Position numbers and translations under genes: made by a program
NCBI GenBank assembly: GCA_965209035.1
Contig: OZ242372.1
Span: forward strand, 1,696,001 to 1,760,000
Reading direction: 5' to 3'
Source of the DNA: Gammaproteobacteria bacterium
GTDB taxonomy: Bacteria > Pseudomonadota > Gammaproteobacteria > CBDBNL01 > JAAOII01
Length of the DNA stretch: 64,000 nucleotides
Notes under the pieces: model-generated
What the model saw: only the letters and a program-made list of their open reading frames with translations
Told to the model about the DNA's origin: nothing
Database searches by the model: none
Part shown: positions 12,401 to 18,669 of the stretch, in pieces
How positions within the stretch are numbered: the first letter of the stretch is position 1
How the letters are laid out: every line of letters starts with the position of its first letter

Positions 12401-15400
12401 TGGCATAAACACCGAGGTTTCCTATTCCGCAACGGACAGGGCAGTGCTGCGCGGCACAGCCGCCGCGGGTGGCTTGATAGGCTTGGCTCTCAATAGCGAA
12501 ATCGCTTATTCCGCCGTCAGCGAGACAATGCTGCGCGGCGCCGATTCCGTCGGTGGTCTTCTGGGCAATGGCACCCGGAGTCTGATCTTGTTTTCAACCG
12601 CCGCGGACAACATGCTTGAGGGCAATCGTTCTGTCGGCGGTTTGATAGGAAAGGGGGACGATGTGGATATTATTTCGTCTTCCTCTGCCGGCACGATGTT
12701 GAGAGGCAATCATTCGTTGGGTGGTCTGGCCGGCAGCGGAGTAGACTTGAATATAGTTGCTTCCTTTGCCGAAGGCGGTGCCATTTCGGGCGGCGAGTAT
12801 GTCGGCGGCTTACTTGGCAGAGGAGATTCGTCTGAAATTGCGCTTTCTTATGCGGCACCGGCCATGTTCGGCGGCAGTGGTGTTGTTGCGAGCCTGGTCC
12901 CCGGTGCAGGGGCATCTGTTTTCATTAATGCGTCCTATTGGGATTACGAACGCAGCGGACTGCCACCCGGTGGCAGCCCAAGCGACCCAACCGCCAAGAC
13001 AACCGCGGAACTTCACAACCAAACGGAGTTTACCGGCATTTACGAACATTGGAACAGATTCCGGTGCGATCCGGAATTTGGATTGTTTTCAACGGACGCA
13101 AATGCGAACCTGTCCGTAGGCTGGGATCTTGGCGATATGCATTCCTATCCGTCTCTCGTTTGCGGTCCGATCGCAGAACCCGCCGTTGCCGGGACACTGA
13201 TTTCGGGCCTGACGGTGATTCCGACGAATCAAACCTTGCGACTGACTTGGACAAACGGACCGCGGAACATCTCGCGTTTTCAAATCGCCCGGCAGATCTT
13301 CGGCCAGCCGAGCAGTTCCGCCTTCAAAGATAACCAGACCGATGCGTTTGCTCCGGCCGAACATGTAATTAATGACTTGGAAAATGGGCAACTATACCGC
13401 ATCATCATTTATGTATTTTTGCAAGACGGTTCCTCGCAAAGAGTGACCTCGGTGTTGAGTGTGCCGGGTCTCAATGCGGACGGTGACGGGACTGCTGATC
13501 TATTGGATGACGACGACGATAATGACAATATCCCCGATCTGACGGACGACTTTGATTTTGATGCCTGTGCCGACTTGGATACGGACGGGGACGGTGTGCC
13601 GGATACTATTAGAGATAACTGCGAGTCTCCCTTAAAAACGGATGCCTTTCCCACGGATGCCTGTGCCGACTTGGATACGGACGGGGACGGTGTGCCGGAT
13701 ACTATTAGAGATAACTGCGAGACTCCCTTAAAAGCGGATGCCTTTCCGTCGGATGCCTGTGCCGCTGTTGACACGGACGGCGACGGAGTTCCCGATGATC
13801 TTTTTAATAACTGCGACACACCTTTGGAAATAGACGCCTTTCCGACCGATGCCTGCGCGGTCCTAGATGCGGATTACGACAGAATTCCGGATGCCTTCTT
13901 ACCCGGTTGCGATACTTCATTGCTGCCTTTGGATGCATTTCCCGGCGACACCTGTGCCTCCGCGGACAGAGACGGGGATGGCAGTCCGGATGCCATCTTG
14001 CCGAATTGTCAAACGCTTCTTAAACAAGATGCCTTCCCGGATGATGCCTGTGCGGCTGCGGATACGGACAAGGACGGCATGCCGAATGAGTTGGCGGCAG
14101 GTTGCACCAACGCTACTACGTCGTTAATAGAGGATACGGATGATGACAATGATCTGGTGAACGATATTTTGGATGTGGATGACGACAACGACAGACTGAT
14201 AGATATTTTTACTTTGGAAGATCTTGCCACCCTGCGCGATGACCTCAACGGCGACGGTGAGGATGACGGCTTGTATGATTCTCTGACCGCCGCCGGCAGC
14301 GCCGGCTGTCCGCAGGATGGCTGCATCGGCTATGAATTGACGCGCTCGTTGGATTTTCTGGCGAATGACTCTTATGCGAATGCAACCCAAAAACAAACAT
14401 GGACACAAGGCGAGGGCTGGCAGCCTATTGGCTCCTGTTCTTCGGTGTTGTTCAATGGGATAGTGCCCACGGCAAGTTGTTCGCAAGTTTTCTCCGGGCA
14501 GTTTGACGGCAACCAGTATCAAATTCGCAACCTGTATATTAATCGCCAAGGCCAGCCGGCCCAGGGCCTCTTTGCCGCTGTCAGCGGCACCCTGAGTAAC
14601 CTGCATCTGACAAGAGCAAATGTTCGGGCAAGTGGAGGTGCAAATGGAATAGGTGCAAACGGAATTGCCGTGTTGGCCGGTTACGGACAGCGGGCTCGGG
14701 CTGAAAACATTCGGATTGAAAACAGCGAGGTAGAGGTCAGTGGAGGTTTTCTTTTTTATACTGGCTCTGTTTTCGGCGGCGGCGAGGGATTAACAATTGT
14801 TAATGCCAGTGTGACCGATGTTTCTGTGAGTGGGGGAGTCGCGGTCGGCGGAATAGCCGGAGGTGTGGGGAGTAATTCCGAATTGATCACTTCCTCTGTT
14901 ACCCAAACGAACATAACCGCATTGACTATCGCAGGTGGCATTGTCGGTTGGGGGGAAGGGACACAGATCATTTATTCTTCTTTCAGAAACGGCAGGGTCA
15001 CAAGTTCCGCCAGCGCGGGATCCCCTCCGAGCGGGATCGGCGGCTTGTTGGGTCTGGGTAATGTAGATTCTACCGTTGTTTTTTCTTATGTCGCCGAGAG
15101 CGACATAAGGGCAAATGTGGAAAATGCCGGCGGACTGGTGGGGGATGTACGAGGTTTTAGTTTTAATGCGGCTTTTGCAACCAGAGGCAGCCGTATCATC
15201 GCCTCCTATGTGTCCGGCGGCAGTGTCTCAGGGAGTGCGTCGGCGGGAGGTCTCATGGGTCATGGTGGTCAATCCCGGATAACGGCATCCTATGTGTCCG
15301 ATGTTGCATTGCGCGTAACCAGAAAGGCTATTGGCGGACTAGCGGGAGTTGGAAGTGCTGCACGGGTCACATCTTCGTATGCCGCACCCGCCGGAATTTT

Positions 15401-17927
15401 TGGCGGTGAGGGTGACGACCGGGGCGGACTTCTGGGAGAGGTAACCAGCGGGAGCGGGGCTGTGATTACAAATTCCTATTGGGATTACCGGACGGCAAAC
15501 CTGGTGCCGGATAGCCATGCCCGAACGACAGAAAACCTGCAGCAACCCGTCAATTTTGCGGGAAGCATTTATGCCGAATGGCAACAGTTCTGGTGCGATC
15601 CCGCCACAGGCTATTTCACGACAAATGCAAGTGATCCAATTGCCACGGACAACTACCGTGCTTGGGATCTCGGCACTTCCACGGAATATCCCGCCCTAAC
15701 CTGTATGGACGAGGATCGGGACGGGGTCCCCACCGGGCGCGATGCCTGGCCTTTTGATCCGTGCGCAAGTCGGGATGCGGACAGGGACGGCAGGCCGGAT
15801 AACATTACACAAGGATGTTTGACGCCTCTCCGACCGGACCCGGATATCGATAATGACAACCTGCCCAATGTGGCGGACGCCTTTCCCGCCGACGCCTGTG
15901 CCGGTACGGATACGGACGGTGACGGCTATCCGGATGCACTAAAAGAAGATTGTATCACTTCGCTAAAAACGGATGCCTTTCCTGCGGATGCCTGTGCGAG
16001 TCTGGATACGGATGGTGACGGCTATGCGGATGCGGTGCAAGACAATTGTTCCACTGAATTGGTTGCGGATGTCTTCCCTGCGGATGCCTGTGCGGCTACG
16101 GATGCGGATGGCGATGGTCATCCGGATCCTCTGCGAGAGAATTGCCCGACTGTGTTGCCTGCGGATGCGTTTCCTGCGGATGCTTGTGCCAATTCGGACA
16201 CGGATGGCGACGGCTATGCGGATGCGGTGCAAGGCAATTGTTCCACTGAATTGGTTGCGGATGCCTTCCCTGCGGATGCCTGTGCGGCTGCGGATACGGA
16301 TGGAGACGGCTATGCGGATGCACTGCAAGACAATTGTTCCACCGCATTGTCGGAAGATGCGTTTCCTGCGGATGCTTGTGCCAATTCGGACACGGATGGC
16401 GACGGCTTTGCCGATCTTTTGGTTATCGGCTGTGTCACCGCTTTAATTGAGGATGCCTTCCCCGGGGATGCCTGTGCCTACGAGGACACGGATCTGGACG
16501 GGCTTCCAAACACTCTTTATTGCGAGTCGGGCATCAATCCGACCGCGGATCATGATGATGACAATGACAGACTCATAGAGATATACTCTTTGGAAGCCCT
16601 TGCCTCCTTGCGTGACGACCTGAACGGGGACGGCAGAGATGACGGACACTTTCCTGGGCTGAGCGTATCCGCTATTGCCGGTTGTCCCGGCGACGGCTGT
16701 CTGGGCTATGAACTGGCAGGCTCATTGGATTTTGGCAACTCGGAATCTTATGAAAATCCGACCAACGAGTCCGTTTGGACCGGTGGTACGGGTTGGGTCC
16801 CCGTTGGCTTCTGTTCCGACGCGGACAACTGCAATCCTTGGACGGGGGTGTTTGAGGGGAACGGACACAGGATCACCGGGCTGTTCATCAATGTAACCGG
16901 CGCAACCGGCCAAACTGCCGAAGCAAGGACTCAAACTAACAGATTGGGGCTGTTTGGTGCGGCCGACGGCATCATACGCAATCTGACCCTCTCATCCGCC
17001 CGTCTGCATGGCGGGGTTGCAAGAGTCGGCGTCCTTGTGGGCGATGCGCGAGGTGCGCGCGTGACGCGGATCCTGGTTAAGGACAGTTTTGTTTTAAGTC
17101 CCGCTGCCGATTCTGTTGGCGGCATGGCGGGCTCCGCGATGAATGCGACCATTATGTATTCCGCCGCAATCAACGGGCGGGTAACAGGGAATGATGCTGT
17201 CGGCGGGTTGGTCGGCGGCGGTCCGGAATCTGTTGTCGAGTTTTCTTTTTCATCGGCACAAAATGTAACCGGCAATCGCCAGGTCGGTGGCCTCATCGGC
17301 GACGGGTCCTATGCCCGGGTTACCGCATCCCATGCCGCTGTTGCAAGAGTGCACGGCACGGACACTGTCGGCGGTCTCATCGGCAATGCCACATACGCAT
17401 CCGTACGGGCTTCTTATGCCGAAGAGGGCAGTGTTAACGGAACCCAAAGAGTTGGCGGTTTGATCGGCGACGCATCATACGCCAATATCAGCGCATCCTA
17501 TGCGCGCAATAATCGGGTCAGTGGCGAAAGTGCTGTCGGTGGAATTGGCGGGCTGGTAGCCTTTGCCGAGATGCATTCCTCGTATGCTGCCAACCGTGGC
17601 TTGTCGGCGGCACGAGATGTGCACGGCATCGGGTTCGGCATGCCTCTTGCCGTTAATGATTCTTACTGGGATTATGAGACCGCGGGCGTCGGTTCCGGTG
17701 CGGATGCGGGAGCAAAAACCTCCGGCGAACTGTCATTACCAACTAACTTTGTTGGGATCTACGCGAATTGGGGAGGTTTTTGGTGTGATGCCGAAACGGG
17801 CATTTGGACAACAGATCCCGCGCATCCCCTTGCCCGGCCAAGTCGGCGGGCATGGAATCTGCAAGATGCGGACAGTTATCCCGTTCTTACCTGCCTTGCC
17901 GATCTTGTACAGGTTCTTCTGCCTTGA
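6411..17927 (+). CDS. Giant modular putative surface lipoprotein (3838 aa): 4 FN3-like domains, TSP3-like DxDxDG repeat tracts and 5 capped GLUG-type solenoid domains
   Basis: Uninterrupted 11.5-kb ORF; lipobox-like LTVAC; repeated DTDGDG.PD units; five copies of GCP..GC.GYEL.RSLDF ... GGL.G coils ... YWD ... WCDP ... AWDLG...YP.L.C. Confidence 0.9.
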   Translation: MKDTKEKLRAHKLMRKLEFKSFHRLVGRLTSVGCLFVCMSFLTVACSNGSSSKSPPRTSVNVVSTGTGIVQFMAIPIESGLRVSWINTQPNIDYFNITLVNIKTGQVESFVKRDQTAYGDQITITFTDLEDETDYIVLVEIFFLAEPEPRAEERVIRRTGKNSDNDELPDSLDVFDDDRCAHTDTDGDGLPDDILADCTTSLIEDPDDDNDGVNDLADAFALDSCASVDTDNDSLPDEILANCTTPLKEDTDDDGDGTEDLADAFGKDRCASVDTDDDGLPDDILADCTTPLIREDPDDDNDGVNDLADAFALDTCASVDTDGDGLPDFLLADCRTLLTEDDDDDNDSIADSEDSDDDNDGLIEIRFLEGLANMRDDLNGDGTDDGRIANVGPGNHIGCPASGCKGYELARSLDFKKADSYQNAANLEFWVTETGWPPIGSCLPTSTDRCTPYDAILDGNGHSINNLFINAEPGAVGLGLFGSVSGSVRNLNLVSARIGGGQRNTGILTGYAADANILGVRVIDGSVSGGENVGGLVGYGERTSIVSSRAEHLFINGIDHIGGLAGVWKQGRIEASAALHNIISGDERIGGLTGLLDGVLNDAAVLASYVLNTSLTGRQSGGGLTGLGVGTSVVASYAALSRQDVSEVVGGLIGQRSGRNIVVTHSYWDAEALGFGLLSGILPAAKRTAELQENTDFNGIYAAWDNYWCDPNTGLFTNNSQDPLATDENLAWNLGSATQYPSLENCHIKFAAPPRPVKNFEVIPAEGSLQLTWDNPPQRFLWFKVAWQQLGAQDQNGTSAIKTTQTAPGNSAAHLIENLSDVHNYSVSVSVVLPDGRTARSVSLIRRPGRNQDGDVLPDALDDFDTEPCAITDTDGDGMPDDLFCPATTGLVADTDDDNDSVPDERDAFDRDACAHTDTDGDGMPDDVLCPSALITDNNDDNDLVPDSADPFPSDRCGSLDRDTDGIADDRVIRCTSNLTRDTDPDNDDFQDQLDDFPADSCANLDTDGDGMPDRLIPNCSTDLSADDDDDGDGITDAEDADADGDGLMEVNTLEELADMRDDLNGNGVDDDRITGRGPKHNLGCPPAGCNGYELAKSLNFNNNDHYEDLANKDAWTTGSGWRSIGSCRHITSCRPYTASFQGNGYTIDNLFLNKSSATVGVGLFGAVADTRISNLRITNARVFGGASNVGILAGVAGGSSFRMIAIENSELVSPSARFAGLIWGSASDGDLSYSYADRVNITGSSDITFGPNNIFTRFPFVGALAGTSASISYSLLGEFRLNTTIARFNYRRYSFPFSGANLGHFAAAYWDKDRATFQRDATFLRGTETERLQGETTHTGIYAGWKNAWCDPRSGAFTRDPNHVLATDINRVWDLGVETEYPRLNCGESVRSKRLPAVNVTAIPANRSLQLSWTNPNQEFLHFRIALTEHQEYGEHREHGQPGEEAGRSLLKTNQTAAGQRAVYVFENLNNAFNYTLSVETVFSDGTTGKTPLFVRRPGPNADGDFMPDSLDAFDADPCATTDTDGDGMPDELLCVSTTGLVADADDDEDGVPDIADAFPRDPCATTDTDGDGMPDELLCVSTTGLVADADDDNDRVPDVADAFDTDPCAVADQDNDGMPNELLCNLGTRLVADDDDDNDSVPDIADAFILDKCASLDTDGDGMPNELFCTTTNLTEDTDDDNDSVPDVSDDYGTDPCAFRDTDRDGLPDDIITFNCVTSLVLDRDRDNDSLIELDTLEDLATLRDDLDGDGLDDGRYPDISPGGRAGCPPNGCTGYELTRSLDFAKADSYRASEYAQHLANWTRGDGWTPIGYCRADNDCLAYEGVFEGNNHSIISLFVNASSPANGVGLFAAATGTLQNIGLSRARVFGGDSDTGILVGYGDGLRLNKVTVDDYVMRAPQGASVGALLGDGYNSEITASVAERGKVTGKTNVGGLIGSGFYTTVSNSATRHVSLNGNQFVGGLVGYSDAMLVSSAESFNASMDGSSAVGGLLGFGINTEVSYSATDRAVLRGTAAAGGLIGLALNSEIAYSAVSETMLRGADSVGGLLGNGTRSLILFSTAADNMLEGNRSVGGLIGKGDDVDIISSSSAGTMLRGNHSLGGLAGSGVDLNIVASFAEGGAISGGEYVGGLLGRGDSSEIALSYAAPAMFGGSGVVASLVPGAGASVFINASYWDYERSGLPPGGSPSDPTAKTTAELHNQTEFTGIYEHWNRFRCDPEFGLFSTDANANLSVGWDLGDMHSYPSLVCGPIAEPAVAGTLISGLTVIPTNQTLRLTWTNGPRNISRFQIARQIFGQPSSSAFKDNQTDAFAPAEHVINDLENGQLYRIIIYVFLQDGSSQRVTSVLSVPGLNADGDGTADLLDDDDDNDNIPDLTDDFDFDACADLDTDGDGVPDTIRDNCESPLKTDAFPTDACADLDTDGDGVPDTIRDNCETPLKADAFPSDACAAVDTDGDGVPDDLFNNCDTPLEIDAFPTDACAVLDADYDRIPDAFLPGCDTSLLPLDAFPGDTCASADRDGDGSPDAILPNCQTLLKQDAFPDDACAAADTDKDGMPNELAAGCTNATTSLIEDTDDDNDLVNDILDVDDDNDRLIDIFTLEDLATLRDDLNGDGEDDGLYDSLTAAGSAGCPQDGCIGYELTRSLDFLANDSYANATQKQTWTQGEGWQPIGSCSSVLFNGIVPTASCSQVFSGQFDGNQYQIRNLYINRQGQPAQGLFAAVSGTLSNLHLTRANVRASGGANGIGANGIAVLAGYGQRARAENIRIENSEVEVSGGFLFYTGSVFGGGEGLTIVNASVTDVSVSGGVAVGGIAGGVGSNSELITSSVTQTNITALTIAGGIVGWGEGTQIIYSSFRNGRVTSSASAGSPPSGIGGLLGLGNVDSTVVFSYVAESDIRANVENAGGLVGDVRGFSFNAAFATRGSRIIASYVSGGSVSGSASAGGLMGHGGQSRITASYVSDVALRVTRKAIGGLAGVGSAARVTSSYAAPAGIFGGEGDDRGGLLGEVTSGSGAVITNSYWDYRTANLVPDSHARTTENLQQPVNFAGSIYAEWQQFWCDPATGYFTTNASDPIATDNYRAWDLGTSTEYPALTCMDEDRDGVPTGRDAWPFDPCASRDADRDGRPDNITQGCLTPLRPDPDIDNDNLPNVADAFPADACAGTDTDGDGYPDALKEDCITSLKTDAFPADACASLDTDGDGYADAVQDNCSTELVADVFPADACAATDADGDGHPDPLRENCPTVLPADAFPADACANSDTDGDGYADAVQGNCSTELVADAFPADACAAADTDGDGYADALQDNCSTALSEDAFPADACANSDTDGDGFADLLVIGCVTALIEDAFPGDACAYEDTDLDGLPNTLYCESGINPTADHDDDNDRLIEIYSLEALASLRDDLNGDGRDDGHFPGLSVSAIAGCPGDGCLGYELAGSLDFGNSESYENPTNESVWTGGTGWVPVGFCSDADNCNPWTGVFEGNGHRITGLFINVTGATGQTAEARTQTNRLGLFGAADGIIRNLTLSSARLHGGVARVGVLVGDARGARVTRILVKDSFVLSPAADSVGGMAGSAMNATIMYSAAINGRVTGNDAVGGLVGGGPESVVEFSFSSAQNVTGNRQVGGLIGDGSYARVTASHAAVARVHGTDTVGGLIGNATYASVRASYAEEGSVNGTQRVGGLIGDASYANISASYARNNRVSGESAVGGIGGLVAFAEMHSSYAANRGLSAARDVHGIGFGMPLAVNDSYWDYETAGVGSGADAGAKTSGELSLPTNFVGIYANWGGFWCDAETGIWTTDPAHPLARPSRRAWNLQDADSYPVLTCLADLVQVLLP

Positions 17928-18033
17928 GCCGGAATTCCCAAAAACTTGCAGGCGGGCGAGTAGGCAAAGTATGAAATACGGGATCTGAGATGGGAGACGG
18001 AACAGATATTTTTCAATCCTGTTTTTTTAAGTT

Positions 18034-18591
18034 TGTCAATTCAACCTTCCGGCGCAACACCGGTTACTAAATTATAATCCACTCCGGATCCACTCCGGTC
18101 GCTTCTGAGAAGCCTTCGGCGGGTGTTGTAAATCCGAGTCGCTTGCGCGGTCGTTGATTAAGTCGGTGAATGACCCGGGGCAGTTTCTGTCGGCTCTGTT
18201 CATTCAGTGGTTGCTTCCAGTGGTTACTTCTTGGAAAAATATTGACGCAACAGGCCATAACAGCTAGGCGACTTGCGGATGCCCGCAGAACTCTTTCCCG
18301 TTGTCACAGGTGATGGTATGCGTCTACGCGCGTAACGGGTAAAATAAATTCACGATCGCGGCACCGGTGGTTTCCTTGGTGCGGTCTTTGAGATAGGCAC
18401 TCAAAGTGAGTCCGGTTTTGCGCTCAACCGGAGTGAGTAAGAAGACGCTCCGGTTGCTACCATGCATGGTGTCCGGTTTTTTTCGGCTCGCGACCTCGGC
18501 CGGCCTTTCCTCATGCTTCCTTATGCTTCCTTGAATTTTGTAAAATTCAAGGAAGCATTTCACGGTATTGCACTAGTTACTTGAATTTACA
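18034..18591 (-). mobile_element. Second internally deleted IS30-family element (about 558 bp), same orientation as the 5808-6351 copy
   Basis: Ends TGTCAATTCAACCTTCCGGCGCAACA and TGTAAATTCAAGTAACTAGTGCAATA; long near-identical blocks shared with the first copy; transposase C-terminal fragment LNQRPRKRLGFTTPAEGF. Confidence 0.85.
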
Positions 18592-18669
18592 GTGTATAAT
18601 AAGGAGTAATAGATACTTTATATTTCTATTGTGTTCGTTTAGTGATTTAATTAATAAGTAGTAGGTAGT

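Noticed and set aside
6874-17988. Many antisense and alternate-frame ORFs over the giant gene, and similar ones over other large genes
   Set aside because: These are shadows of repetitive GAY/GGN-rich coding sequence with no independent motifs.
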